Shown here piece by piece: positions 8,690 through 18,947 of a stretch of 64,000 nucleotides of DNA (position 1 is its first letter; each line of letters opens with the position of its first letter). Under the pieces are notes generated by a model. That model was not told where the DNA came from and searched no databases. It saw only the letters and a program-made list of their open reading frames with translations. This DNA is from an uncultured archaeon (GTDB lineage: Archaea > Altiarchaeota > Altiarchaeia > IMC4 > SCGC-AAA252-I15). Location of the stretch: contig CABMCB010000094.1 in the NCBI GenBank assembly GCA_902384455.1, positions 1-64,000 on the forward strand, written 5' to 3'. A program made the translations under genes and the position numbers.

Positions 8690-10274
8690 AGGGAGTACTC
8701 GGACGGCAGTACACTACGATGTTTCCCATAACGTTCTTCGAAGTGAAGTTCATCTGGTTTAATGCCCCGGTGATTTCAATCACCATCTCTTCATACCGCT
8801 TGGTGTAAGACGCAGGGAAAGACGAAGGGACAACAGAGGACACCTGATAATTAGTGTCAATAAAGCAGGCTACGCCCTTAGTTACGTTGCTGAAATACCC
8901 CACAGAAACATTGTCCGCATAAAACCTGTTCTCAAAAAACTCTATCCCATCAGGAGGTATAATGCGGCCGGATAGTATTGCGGCAACTCCCGTCACCGCG
9001 GGAGAGCCAAATATCAGGTCTCCTGAGTTCGTCTTGTTTTGTACGTATGAAACGGCGGTAATTACCTGCTGGTTCTGCGAATACACGTCGATTAAAGAGT
9101 CCGAGCACGCGGAAATAGACAGAGACACCGCCATTACGACGAGGAGTATGAATCTGACGGGAATACGGGCGATGAACCACCCGCCGAAAACGCAAAGAGG
9201 AAAAAGAAGAATGACGGAATGCATGTAAACGTGGGAGAAAAAACAAGGGCGCTTAACGAACACGACAGCAAGAAACGCCAGCGCCAGATAAAACAAAATT
9301 AAGTAGGACCCGTTAGAATCCTTCTTTTTAGCAGGTCGCCTAAACAGATAGGCAAGAACTCCGGCAACACCAAAAACCCAAACAAGCAGCTCCTTAAACG
9401 CAGACCCCAGAAGGTGGATTAATTTGCCCTCAACGTAGCAGTCTGGGAATTTAGAGTGATGAAGGAACACCTGATAGACGAAATTAGGAGAATAGAAAAA
9501 CAGCAGGACTACGGCCGAGAACGCAATGAAACCTCCCGCGATATGTAGAACCGGTCGAATTGAACGTTGCCTTTGCGACCAGGCGAGAAACAGAATCTCG
9601 CATGCTAAAGGCAGGATTCCGAAAAGCCGCGACCAAAAAGCCATTGAAGCCGCGATTCCTGCAAAAAAAAGTAGTGTGGGACGCTCTTTCTTTACTCCGT
9701 CAAGAAACAGCCAAAGTGAAAGCATAGACATGAAGGTCATAGTGGAATAAAGGTTATTGGTTGCCGTCAGACTCCCCAAAAGCAAAGAGGTGGAAAAAAG
9801 CAGAGTCGAAAAAACAGCGCCTGCCCCGTCTCCAAGCACGCGCCTAGACAGCAAGTACATTAAAGGCAGCGACGCAACAGACAACAAAAAAGGCATAAGA
9901 TGAAACTGGACAACGCCCACCCCAAACAAACGGAAAACAAGCGCAGTCAAAATCAAATCCAAAGGCGGCTGAGAAAAGAAGAAGTCGACATAAGGCTGAT
10001 GGCCCAGGAAAACCTGGTATGCCGCATAAATGTAAAACGGCTCGTCGTTGAAGGAAAAAGTAAGCAGATAAAACAGCCGCAAAACAACCCCGAAAGCAAA
10101 AACCAGGACAAGAATCCGCCCCTCATTACCCCTCAAAGCACCGCCGATGCTTAGGCGCTTAAACCGCCTTAAAGCCCCCCCGTAAGAAAACGCAAGCCAC
10201 AGAAGGCACGATAAGATGGCAGCCAAGAAAAAGAAGTCCCTGGACGCCGCCAGAAATTCGTTTAACTGAACCAT
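8682..10274 (-). CDS. ArnT/PMT-family (GT-C) membrane glycosyltransferase
   Basis: Multi-TM protein; NDEPFY and QPPL loop motifs; start placed at MVQLNEF. Confidence 0.75.
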   Translation of the reverse strand: MVQLNEFLAASRDFFFLAAILSCLLWLAFSYGGALRRFKRLSIGGALRGNEGRILVLVFAFGVVLRLFYLLTFSFNDEPFYIYAAYQVFLGHQPYVDFFFSQPPLDLILTALVFRLFGVGVVQFHLMPFLLSVASLPLMYLLSRRVLGDGAGAVFSTLLFSTSLLLGSLTATNNLYSTMTFMSMLSLWLFLDGVKKERPTLLFFAGIAASMAFWSRLFGILPLACEILFLAWSQRQRSIRPVLHIAGGFIAFSAVVLLFFYSPNFVYQVFLHHSKFPDCYVEGKLIHLLGSAFKELLVWVFGVAGVLAYLFRRPAKKKDSNGSYLILFYLALAFLAVVFVKRPCFFSHVYMHSVILLFPLCVFGGWFIARIPVRFILLVVMAVSLSISACSDSLIDVYSQNQQVITAVSYVQNKTNSGDLIFGSPAVTGVAAILSGRIIPPDGIEFFENRFYADNVSVGYFSNVTKGVACFIDTNYQVSSVVPSSFPASYTKRYEEMVIEITGALNQMNFTSKNVMGNIVVYCRPSTPSS

Positions 10275-10359
10275 CGAACACCACCGGCAAAGTGATTTAA
10301 TCCTTTTGACATATGAATTAAGATTTATCCGCCTACACACAGAATAAAACCGAACAAAC

Positions 10360-10575
10360 ATGTGCGACGCGCCAATAGGAAAAGTCATCTCAGTGAAAGG
10401 AGACGAAGCCGTAGTGGAAACTCCCCGCAAAAACAAAACGACGGTGAACACCAAAATGGTCGGCGGCGCAAAAAAAGGGGACTACCTTTACTACAGCATC
10501 AACCTGGCCGTGGAAAAACCAGACCGCGCAGACGGCCGTATTCAGTGGGAGGCACGTAGGGATGCGCATCGTTGA
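10360..10575 (+). CDS. hypC: Hydrogenase chaperone HypC/HupF
   Basis: MCDAPIGKVISV N-terminus, KKGDYL; located in hydrogenase cluster. Confidence 0.8.
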   Translation: MCDAPIGKVISVKGDEAVVETPRKNKTTVNTKMVGGAKKGDYLYYSINLAVEKPDRADGRIQWEARRDAHR

Positions 10576-11089
10576 GCGGGGTCTTTTTTTCAGGTATGCG
10601 CTTCCTTGCGCTGGAACGCTTGTTAGAAGGGGGAATATTTCGGGGGAGGAGTTGGATGAGGTTGTGGCTCTTGTCGCTGCGGGTAAGGATGCGCCGAATG
10701 GTTGGGAGAAGCATTTTAAGGTTGCTTTGACTTGGCTTACGTTCATAGCGGAAAACAACGGGAAGAACGTGATTGACGCCGACGTAATGCACCGCTACTA
10801 CTGGTTTATGCACGATAGGGTTATAGCCGACAGGTACGCTTTGATGGGAGACTTCGACCCGCAGTCATGCCGCATACACGTTGGGAAAGTGATGAATGTG
10901 CGCGGGAAAAAAGCAATTCTCTACTCAACAAAAGGCAAAGTCGCGGTATCAACGCTTCTGTCCGGCCCGCTTAAGGAGGGGGACTACGTAGCATTCCACT
11001 ACGGCTACGTGGTGGAAAAAATAAGCGAAGACGAATACCTGGCATTAAAGACGCTTAGGGAAAAGCCTCTGCCAAAACCCAGAAACTAG
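10562..11089 (+). CDS. Hydrogenase-associated protein (DUF6390-like) with C-terminal HypC-like OB fold
   Basis: LFFRYALPC N-terminus; SCRIHVGKV...GDYVAFHYGYVVEKI. Confidence 0.65.
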   Translation: MRIVERGLFFRYALPCAGTLVRRGNISGEELDEVVALVAAGKDAPNGWEKHFKVALTWLTFIAENNGKNVIDADVMHRYYWFMHDRVIADRYALMGDFDPQSCRIHVGKVMNVRGKKAILYSTKGKVAVSTLLSGPLKEGDYVAFHYGYVVEKISEDEYLALKTLREKPLPKPRN

Positions 11090-12012
11090 GATTTTACGCC
11101 AGACGGCGCCCTACCTAACGTCGTCCTGAATTCTGCCTCGAAAACCCAGAACAAAAGCCCCGCAGGAACAAGAACAAGGCCTGCCGCTTGCGTGAACGTC
11201 AACGATGAGCCGGCGAACAAAAAGGACAGTAGCGCCGTAATTGGAGCGCCCAAAAGCAGTATCGCAGTTGCAACGCCGGCGGGAAGCCGCGACAAAGAGA
11301 CATACCAGCAGCCGACATAAAGGAACAAAAGCACACCAGTAACAAAAGACCACTCCCACGCAGCAGCAGACAAAGACAACAAACCGCCTAATTGACCTGT
11401 CAACGCTAGATAGACGAGGAGGAAGACCGAACCGAACACCATGCGCGCGCAAGCAAGAACGCCCGAAGGCACGGACGAAAGCAACCTTCTGCTTAAGAGG
11501 TTTTCTGCCGCCCAAAACAACGTCGCAGCAGCCACAAGAACGTCTCCAAACTCGACGCCGGACGGGGAGAAACCAGCCAAAAATGCGCTGCCCAAAAGCA
11601 ACAATACACCTGCGAAAACAACGCCAAAAGTCAAACGCTCACCAAGCAAAAAAACCGCGCCAACCGCAACGAAAACAAACATAGTCTTGTGTATGAAGGC
11701 GGCATGAGCCGCAGACGTCAACGCAAGACCCTTGAAGTATAGGATGAAAGGCACGCATCCGCCCACCAGACCAACCGCCAAAAGACCCGCCCACTGCCAA
11801 CGCGTCACCCTGCCGACCTTAGAGTAATCCCTGCCGACAAGAAGCACCCCGGCAAGAAGAGCCGCCGCAACCATGTTTTTTGCCGTAGTGTACACGGAGG
11901 GGTCTGCTATTGATACGCCGTATTTGTTGATGAAAACTGAGAACCCGGACATGAATGCCGTTGCAAGCGCCAGCTTAAGTCCGAGTTTGTCGTATTTGAG
12001 GTTCATTTTCAC
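11086..12012 (-). CDS. EamA/DMT family transporter
   Basis: About 10 TM helices in two repeats, FLLGERL motif. Confidence 0.85.
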   Translation of the reverse strand: MKMNLKYDKLGLKLALATAFMSGFSVFINKYGVSIADPSVYTTAKNMVAAALLAGVLLVGRDYSKVGRVTRWQWAGLLAVGLVGGCVPFILYFKGLALTSAAHAAFIHKTMFVFVAVGAVFLLGERLTFGVVFAGVLLLLGSAFLAGFSPSGVEFGDVLVAAATLFWAAENLLSRRLLSSVPSGVLACARMVFGSVFLLVYLALTGQLGGLLSLSAAAWEWSFVTGVLLFLYVGCWYVSLSRLPAGVATAILLLGAPITALLSFLFAGSSLTFTQAAGLVLVPAGLLFWVFEAEFRTTLGRAPSGVKS

Positions 12013-12053
12013 TGAATAGCCACTAATTAGTTGAGCGTCCTGAATAATAAAAT

Positions 12054-12464
12054 ATGGTAGGTAAAAAGGCGCACAACAATAAACCCTGCGTTCTGGTTGT
12101 CGGAAACCTTCTTCTACCAGACGACAACCTGCCGCTCAGACTGCTTCCTCGACTGAAAAAATCCCTGCCGCACGTACAGTTCATAGAAGCCGACCCCGCA
12201 GAAGACATACACAGGTTCGGCAGAAACCCCATCTTCCTTGACGCCGCAGAAGGAGTAGAAAAAGTAACAGTCGTCTCAGACGTAGACCAAATCGAGTCTG
12301 CCCCAACGCTATCGCTGCACGGCCACGACCTCGCCTGGGAAGTAAAACTCATGAGGAAGGCGGGGATGCTTGATTCAGTCAGGATAATAGCTGTACCCAG
12401 AAACGCCCGCGCCGATGACGTCGTCGAAGACGTGGTTTCGGCAGTAAAATCCCTGACAAGCTAA
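12054..12464 (+). CDS. Hydrogenase maturation protease-like protein
   Basis: VGNLLLPDD, IFLDA, LSLHGHD motifs (HyaD/HycI-like). Confidence 0.8.
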   Translation: MVGKKAHNNKPCVLVVGNLLLPDDNLPLRLLPRLKKSLPHVQFIEADPAEDIHRFGRNPIFLDAAEGVEKVTVVSDVDQIESAPTLSLHGHDLAWEVKLMRKAGMLDSVRIIAVPRNARADDVVEDVVSAVKSLTS

Positions 12465-13768
12465 TGCCGGTGAATGTGCGGCTTGCCGTCGCCTTTCCAC
12501 TTTAGCTTAAGGAAGTGGCTTGCGCAACTCATGCAAGGATCATAAGCGCGCACCATCTTCTCCAACTCAAACCTTATTTTGTCGTCAGGCAAATCCATGA
12601 CGGAAGGCAAAAACAAGCGGATGTCGTTGGCCAGTTTAATCTGGTTTTGAGCGGAGGGAATCACAAGGTTGCCCCAACGGACAGTTCCGTCCGCGTTGAT
12701 GGAAAGCATGTAATAAAGAGTCCCCCGCGGCGCCTCAATTACGCCAACCCCCTCGCCCGCCTTAGGCTCAAGGGAAGGCGGCTTCTCCTGCTTGAAATCA
12801 GTAGACTCCAAAAGCTCCACTGCCGCATCTATGCTGTGCAAAGTCTCTATCGCCTGAGCGAGGTTGTTGTCGAATATGTTCATGCTGGGGAACCGCTTGA
12901 GGTACTCGCCGACGTCCCTTCTTGTATCCTTGTGCAGGCTATCGCGGTTTAGGTTCATCCGGGCAAGAGCGCCCACCATGTACTCCCGGCCCTCAAACTC
13001 AAATGCGGTCGCCTGACTGTAGGGGATGACGACGCGGTTCAGGTGCTCCCAATAGTGCGTCTCGTCAAAGCAAACGCCGGCGGTGCTGTGAATGTGCCCG
13101 GTAAGGAAATTGTAGTCGTCGTTAACAATCCCCACGAAATTGGATTTCCGTTCAAAACGGAAATCGCATGCGCCCAGCACCCCGATAAGATCGAGAACGC
13201 GCTCTCTTACAGCCTTCAGCTCCTGCGCAGAATTCTTGCATTCTTCGGCAGTAGGCTGCTTCATGTAACCTCCGGGTTGGGCTATGGTGCCGTGAACCGC
13301 CCGACCGACGGTTATCCGGGAAAGAAGGTTTCCCGCCGCCTTCACTGCGAAAGAATCGTGGACGAAACGCTCCAATTTGCCGTCAAACTCCAAAATGCTA
13401 TCTTTGCCGTACAAGTCGGGGAGAGTGAAAATGTACAAATGCATCGCATGGTCGCGCACCATAAGACCGTACATGCCCAAATTACGCTGAATCAACGACT
13501 GCTCGCTAAGCTGTATCCCCCACGCATGCTCCACCGCCTCAGCGCAAGCAGTCAAATGCGCCACACTGCACGTCCCGCAAATTCGAGATACCATCTGAGG
13601 CAAAAGGGCAGCAGACTTACCGCGAATAGCCTGATGGAAAAACCTCTTGTTCTCGCTAATCGCCAGCTTAACGTCCTCTACTTTGCCGTCGCGCACAGTG
13701 ACATTCAAGTCGACGTGCCCCTCAATCTTGCTTACCCCGTCAATATGTATGTCCAAATCGCGGTGCAT
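12461..13768 (-). CDS. Group 3 (3b-like) NiFe hydrogenase large subunit
   Basis: SKIEGH, RICGTC, EAPRGTL, YDPCMSCASH followed by a cleavable C-terminal extension. Confidence 0.93.
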   Translation of the reverse strand: MHRDLDIHIDGVSKIEGHVDLNVTVRDGKVEDVKLAISENKRFFHQAIRGKSAALLPQMVSRICGTCSVAHLTACAEAVEHAWGIQLSEQSLIQRNLGMYGLMVRDHAMHLYIFTLPDLYGKDSILEFDGKLERFVHDSFAVKAAGNLLSRITVGRAVHGTIAQPGGYMKQPTAEECKNSAQELKAVRERVLDLIGVLGACDFRFERKSNFVGIVNDDYNFLTGHIHSTAGVCFDETHYWEHLNRVVIPYSQATAFEFEGREYMVGALARMNLNRDSLHKDTRRDVGEYLKRFPSMNIFDNNLAQAIETLHSIDAAVELLESTDFKQEKPPSLEPKAGEGVGVIEAPRGTLYYMLSINADGTVRWGNLVIPSAQNQIKLANDIRLFLPSVMDLPDDKIRFELEKMVRAYDPCMSCASHFLKLKWKGDGKPHIHRH

Positions 13769-14259
13769 CAGGACATCACCCCGAACTCCTTAAGGTAAGA
13801 ATCCATGACTTCCACGAATTTCCCTTCAATCATGGGGCAACCAGGCACCTCCGCATCCACCTGAATAAACTCCTTCAAAGGAACGACCTTAGGCAGATGA
13901 TGGAAACGCGTAACCACCGAATTAATCTCAGCCAGCCGCTCCTCATCGAAAAAGTTCCTGTGATTGCTGGGAGTACCGTTGATTGCGCAACTGCCAACTG
14001 CCACGACCTTCTTCGACAAATCGCGGATTAGCTTAATCCGCTCCCTTTCCCGCTCGTTGGCTATAGCCCCCTCCACGAAAGCCACGTCCATCGGCTCCAT
14101 CCTGTTGTCGCTCTTCAACGCGCGGGCGTTGATGAAATCCAGATGAGGAAGCCAATCCCTGTATTTGTAGTTAAGTATCTCTATGAAGGTGATTATGCAC
14201 CCTTCATCGCTGGTGAACGAAAAAACGCCCACCCGCAGTTTCTTTCCGCCATCCGTCAT
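13768..14259 (-). CDS. Short NiFe hydrogenase small subunit (proximal-cluster domain only)
   Basis: TSDEGC, VEGAI, GSCAING, VPGCP; 163 aa with no distal cluster domain. Confidence 0.85.
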   Translation of the reverse strand: MTDGGKKLRVGVFSFTSDEGCIITFIEILNYKYRDWLPHLDFINARALKSDNRMEPMDVAFVEGAIANERERERIKLIRDLSKKVVAVGSCAINGTPSNHRNFFDEERLAEINSVVTRFHHLPKVVPLKEFIQVDAEVPGCPMIEGKFVEVMDSYLKEFGVMS

Positions 14260-14301
14260 CGCATGAAGCCAGACTGTGTTTGATACGAATTACGACTCAA
14301 A

Positions 14302-14949
14302 CTACTTCTTCTTGGGCCTTCGCCCAACATGCTTTTTCTTCTTCCACTCAGGCTGCACTGGCTTGCTCTCAACAACTTTCTTGACTTTTGACTCGCCGGA
14401 CTTCTCCGTTTCCGCCTTATCCTCAACCGACAGCATCCTCGACGTCGTCTTCTTCACCTTAGACTCAATCTTGTCGGACAAAAGCATACCAGCACTATAA
14501 AGCGTACCAACAGCCCAAAAGAACATGACAATCAACACTATACCCGACAAAGCAGGGTGTATCTCATTCAGGAGGCTGCTGAAAAACAGGAACGCAATGG
14601 CCGCGACAAGAACATACGCTAGACTGCGCACAGCCCTCTGGTACACCTGGGATTCTAGTGTTGCCGTGTTTCTGTCTATGGAGTAAGCTATGATACCAGC
14701 TATGGCGTCGCATATGTCGCGGATTTCCTTGAGTATTTTCAGGATTATCACTAGGATTGTGAGTATTGCGACCGCTACTATGACCGATGAGGCTCGGACG
14801 TCACTGTATAGCGTAATGTTGCCCAGCGGCACGAAAAGGAATTTTGTGAACAGCCAAATCACGAATGCTGTCATCGAATAAACCAATGCTTTGGGTATGC
14901 TGTCTACAAGCTCAAACTTGAATTTCTTTACTGCTTCATTTTCTGCCAT
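14302..14949 (-). CDS. Hypothetical membrane protein (4 TM, basic tail)
   Basis: Hydrophobic helices; start placed at MAENEAV after a GGTGA Shine-Dalgarno-like site. Confidence 0.7.
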   Translation of the reverse strand: MAENEAVKKFKFELVDSIPKALVYSMTAFVIWLFTKFLFVPLGNITLYSDVRASSVIVAVAILTILVIILKILKEIRDICDAIAGIIAYSIDRNTATLESQVYQRAVRSLAYVLVAAIAFLFFSSLLNEIHPALSGIVLIVMFFWAVGTLYSAGMLLSDKIESKVKKTTSRMLSVEDKAETEKSGESKVKKVVESKPVQPEWKKKKHVGRRPKKK

Positions 14950-15098
14950 GAAAATCACCTGTAAGTTTATGAAACAGTAGGAGCGAGCCAATAAAAAGGC
15001 GCTTTTGATGAGCATACGATGTGAAATTCCCGACACGCGGCACATGGATGGGATAGGCGGAATATGCCCCCGCCCCCAAGCGGACAAAAATTCCCTGT

Positions 15099-15146
15099 AC
15101 ACAATATGTCGTATATTCGACAACTGTATTACACAATATATTGTGT
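15099..15146. promoter_or_regulatory. Tandem NrdR-box-like operators upstream of nrdD
   Basis: ACACAATATGTCGTAT (15099-15114) and perfect palindrome ACACAATATATTGTGT (15131-15146), 32 bp apart; matches consensus acaCwAtATaTwGtgt. Confidence 0.75.
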
Positions 15147-15255
15147 TTCCAGAGAACAAGCTTTTTAAGGCGAACGCTAACAAGTATAAACCCAAAGAGA
15201 CGAGAGGAGATCTACCCAACTCTGACGGAAAAAAAGAGAAAAAGAGGAACTGGCA

Positions 15256-17361
15256 ATGAACGCACCATTCGCAAAAATAAGGAAAAGGGACGGACGCATA
15301 GACGACTTCAACTCGGAAAAAATAACAGAAGCTATAAGAAAAGCCGGCGAAGCAACAGGAGAATTCGATAAGCAGACAGCTGAAGCCCTCACGCTCCTTG
15401 TGTTAGACCTTGTGAAAAGGCGGATTGACGGCGAAATTCCTTCCGTCGAAGGGGTGCAGGATTGCGTCGAAGACATATTGCTTGCGTCCCCGTACAAGGA
15501 AACGGCGAAGGCGTACATCATCTACCGTGACCAGCATGCGAGGATAAGGGAGATTGTTTCTTCCGCCGACGTAGAACTGGTAGACAAGTACCTTGAGAAG
15601 CTCGACTGGCAGGTGAACGAGAACAGCAACATGTCGTACTCGCTTCAGGGGCTCAACAACTACATCTCAACAGAAATAAGCAAGATATACTGGCTTAACA
15701 AGATTTACCCGCCCGAGATAAGGAAAGCCCACTCTGAAGGCGACTTCCACATGCACGACCTCGGAGTACTATCAGTGTACTGCGTAGGCTGGGACTTGCC
15801 TACGCTGCTTATGGAAGGATTCAGGGGAGCGGAAGGCAAAGTAGAAAGCCGCCCCGCCAAGCACTTCAGAAGCGCTCTGGGGCAGATAGTCAACTTCTTC
15901 TACACACTACAAGGAGAATCTGCCGGCGCACAGGCGTTCTCAAACTTCGACACACTGCTCGCACCATACATCCGATACGACAAACTCACATACACCGAAG
16001 TAAAGCAAGCGCTTCAGGAATTCGTATTCAACATCAACGTACCCACAAGAGTAGGATTCCAGACGCCGTTCACCAACATAACAATGGACTGGACGGTGCC
16101 ATCCATCTACGCCAACGCGCCAGTCGTCATAGGGGGCGAATTCAAGAAGGAAACATACGGCGACTTCCAGGAGGAAATGAACATACTAAACAGAGCATTC
16201 CTCGAAGTAATGATAGAAGGAGACGCCAAAGGACGCGCATTCACATTCCCAATACCCACATACAACATAACCAAAGACTTCGACTGGAACAACCCCAACC
16301 TCGACGTCCTATGGACAGTCACAGGAAAATACGGCATACCCTACTTCAGCAACTTCGTCAACTCCAGCATGAACCCCGAAGACGCACGAAGCATGTGCTG
16401 CCGCCTAAGACTCGACACCCGTAAACTGGAAAGCCGCGGCGGAGGACTATTCGGAGCCAACCCCATGACCGGCTCAATAGGAGTAGTCACAATAAACATG
16501 CCCCGCATAGGATACCTCTCCAAAAACGAAGACGACTTCATAGCGCGCCTAGACCAAATAATGAACCTAGCCCGCGAAAGCCTCGAAATAAAACGCAAAG
16601 TCCTAGAACGATTCACAGAACGCGGACTATACCCCTACACCAAATTCTACCTAAACGACGTCAAAAAACGCTTCAACGAATACTGGAAAAACCACTTCTC
16701 CACAATAGGACTAGTCGGCATGAACGAAGCATGCATCAACCTACTAGGGAAATCAATAGCAACCCCAGAAGGCCACGACTTCAGCGTACGCGTACTGGAC
16801 CACATGAGAAACAAGATGGTAGAATTCCAGGAGCAAACAGGAAACAACTACAACCTAGAAGCCACACCCGCAGAAAGCACCTCATACCGCCTCGCCCGAC
16901 TAGACAAAGCACGCCACCCGGCAATCATCACGGCAAACGGCGCGGAAACCAAAAAAGGAGCAGAACCATTCTACACCAACTCCACGCACCTCCCAGTCAA
17001 CTACACAGACGACATATTCGAGACCCTCGACCTGCAGGACGACATACAAATCCGCTACACAGGCGGCACAGTCATCCACATATTCGCAGGAGAACAAATC
17101 AACGACAACGAAAGCGTCAAAAGCCTAGTCCACAAAATATGCCACCAATACCACCTACCATACTTCACACTAACGCCCACATTCAGCGTCTGCCCAACAC
17201 ACGGATACATCAAAGGCGAAGAACACACATGCCCCAAATGCAGCGCCTCATGCGAAGTATACTCAAGAATCGTAGGATACCTCAGACCCGTAAAACACTG
17301 GAACCCAGGCAAAAAAGAGGAATTCACAATGAGAAAATCCTACAAACTCAGCCCAACATGA
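15256..17361 (+). CDS. nrdD: Anaerobic (class III) ribonucleoside-triphosphate reductase with ATP cone
   Basis: KRDG ATP cone, RSMCCRL, TGSIGVVTIN, CPTHG/CPKC, YSRIVGY glycyl-radical loop. Confidence 0.97.
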   Translation: MNAPFAKIRKRDGRIDDFNSEKITEAIRKAGEATGEFDKQTAEALTLLVLDLVKRRIDGEIPSVEGVQDCVEDILLASPYKETAKAYIIYRDQHARIREIVSSADVELVDKYLEKLDWQVNENSNMSYSLQGLNNYISTEISKIYWLNKIYPPEIRKAHSEGDFHMHDLGVLSVYCVGWDLPTLLMEGFRGAEGKVESRPAKHFRSALGQIVNFFYTLQGESAGAQAFSNFDTLLAPYIRYDKLTYTEVKQALQEFVFNINVPTRVGFQTPFTNITMDWTVPSIYANAPVVIGGEFKKETYGDFQEEMNILNRAFLEVMIEGDAKGRAFTFPIPTYNITKDFDWNNPNLDVLWTVTGKYGIPYFSNFVNSSMNPEDARSMCCRLRLDTRKLESRGGGLFGANPMTGSIGVVTINMPRIGYLSKNEDDFIARLDQIMNLARESLEIKRKVLERFTERGLYPYTKFYLNDVKKRFNEYWKNHFSTIGLVGMNEACINLLGKSIATPEGHDFSVRVLDHMRNKMVEFQEQTGNNYNLEATPAESTSYRLARLDKARHPAIITANGAETKKGAEPFYTNSTHLPVNYTDDIFETLDLQDDIQIRYTGGTVIHIFAGEQINDNESVKSLVHKICHQYHLPYFTLTPTFSVCPTHGYIKGEEHTCPKCSASCEVYSRIVGYLRPVKHWNPGKKEEFTMRKSYKLSPT

Positions 17362-18050
17362 GGATAGGAGGCCTACAGAAGGTTTCGCTCATAGACTACC
17401 CTGGAAAGATCAGCGCCATCGTTTTCACGCAGGGCTGCAACTACAGGTGCCCATTCTGCCACAACAAAGAACTTGTCTATCCCGAGTTCTACGAGGAGCC
17501 CATCCCCGAGGAAGACGTGCTTTCTTTCCTGGAAAAAAGAAAGGGGAAACTGGACGCAGTAGTGATAACCGGCGGAGAACCCACAATACAAAAAGACCTC
17601 CCGCAGTTCATCAAAAAAATCAAGTCAATGGGCTACCTCATAAAACTTGACACAAACGGAAGCAACCCCGAAACCCTCGCAGAACTGCTGAAAAAAAGCC
17701 AAATAGACTACGTAGCCATGGATGTAAAAGCCCCGCCAAGCAAATACGACACCCTCACAGGCGTAGAAACAGACACCAAAAAAACCCAAAAAAGCATAAA
17801 AACAATCATCGCCTCAGGAATCCCACACGAATTCAGAACCACCGTAATGCGGCCGCTGCTGAAGCCAGCTGACGTGTTGTCTATTGCTAAGGAGATTAAG
17901 GGCGCTAGGCTTTATGCTCTGCAGAAATACGCTTCGCCCAAGGACAAGGCAGGTAGTCATTCTTCTTACACTTCTTTCACTGACGAGGAGCTCGCCCGCC
18001 TCAAGGACGAGGTGAAAAACCGATACGATGTGGACTGTCTGATACGCTGA
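17358..18050 (+). CDS. nrdG: Anaerobic RNR activating radical SAM protein
   Basis: SLIDYPG, GCNYRCPFCHN, TGGEPT; ATGA overlap with nrdD. Confidence 0.95.
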   Translation: MRIGGLQKVSLIDYPGKISAIVFTQGCNYRCPFCHNKELVYPEFYEEPIPEEDVLSFLEKRKGKLDAVVITGGEPTIQKDLPQFIKKIKSMGYLIKLDTNGSNPETLAELLKKSQIDYVAMDVKAPPSKYDTLTGVETDTKKTQKSIKTIIASGIPHEFRTTVMRPLLKPADVLSIAKEIKGARLYALQKYASPKDKAGSHSSYTSFTDEELARLKDEVKNRYDVDCLIR

Positions 18051-18101
18051 CTCTGGTTTGTGGTGCCGGTTTTTATGGTTCTGGATAAATAAGATACCGT
18101 C

Positions 18102-18932
18102 ATGGTTTACGTCACCAAACATTCAGGCGAACGCGAAGAATTCGACCCTCAGAAAGTGGAGTATGCGCTTCTTAGGTCGGGAGCGGACAAAACCCTGGCC
18201 CAGTACATAACCGAGGAAGTCAAACGTAGGCTGTATGACGGCATAAAAACAGGCGAAATATACGCAATCGCATTCGAACTGCTGAGCAAAAGCGACACGC
18301 ACACCGCCGCCCGATTCGGACTCAAGCAGGCGATAATGCGCTTAGGCCCAAGCGGATACACTTTTGAAAAATTCATGTCCCGCGTCCTTGCGGAATACGG
18401 CTACAAGACGAAAATCAACCAGACTATTCCGGGGCGCTGCGCCCTGCATGAAGTAGACATCGTAGCGGAAAACGGGAAAATGAAGTACATGATAGAATGC
18501 AAGTACCACAACACCCAAGGCATGGACACAGGCCTCAAGGAGGCGTTGTACAGTTTCGCGCGCTTTGAGGATCTTCGGGACGCAGGGAACGATTTCACTG
18601 CGCCTTGGATAATCTGCAATACTAAGGTGACAACTGAGGCCGTGAAGTATGCGGAATGCAAGGGTATGCGGGTTACTAGTTGGGGTTATCCGCCGCAGGG
18701 TAGCCTGCAGGAGCTCATTGACGGAAAAAGCTTGTACCCCCTCACGATGCTCGCCACGCTCACTGAAGATGAGAAGAATAAGCTGGCTAATTCAGGGGAA
18801 GTGTTGCTTCAGGATTTGATTAGTATGGATGCCCGCAAGCTTGCGGAGATTACTGGCGTCCCGGAAGGCAAGCTTAAGCCGCTTGAGGAGGAGATACGGG
18901 GTATAGCCACCAACCTGCCTAAGGGGCTTTAA
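18102..18932 (+). CDS. ATP-cone + Mrr-like restriction-endonuclease-fold protein
   Basis: VTKHSGERE.FD ATP cone; LGPSGYTFEK, HEVDIVA...MIECKYH. Confidence 0.85.
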   Translation: MVYVTKHSGEREEFDPQKVEYALLRSGADKTLAQYITEEVKRRLYDGIKTGEIYAIAFELLSKSDTHTAARFGLKQAIMRLGPSGYTFEKFMSRVLAEYGYKTKINQTIPGRCALHEVDIVAENGKMKYMIECKYHNTQGMDTGLKEALYSFARFEDLRDAGNDFTAPWIICNTKVTTEAVKYAECKGMRVTSWGYPPQGSLQELIDGKSLYPLTMLATLTEDEKNKLANSGEVLLQDLISMDARKLAEITGVPEGKLKPLEEEIRGIATNLPKGL

Positions 18933-18947
18933 GGAAGAGAGACTAGT

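Noticed and set aside
16731-17357. Long N-terminal extension of nrdG in the ORF track
   Set aside because: It overlaps nrdD out of frame; the true start is the ATG at 17358 (ATGA coupling)
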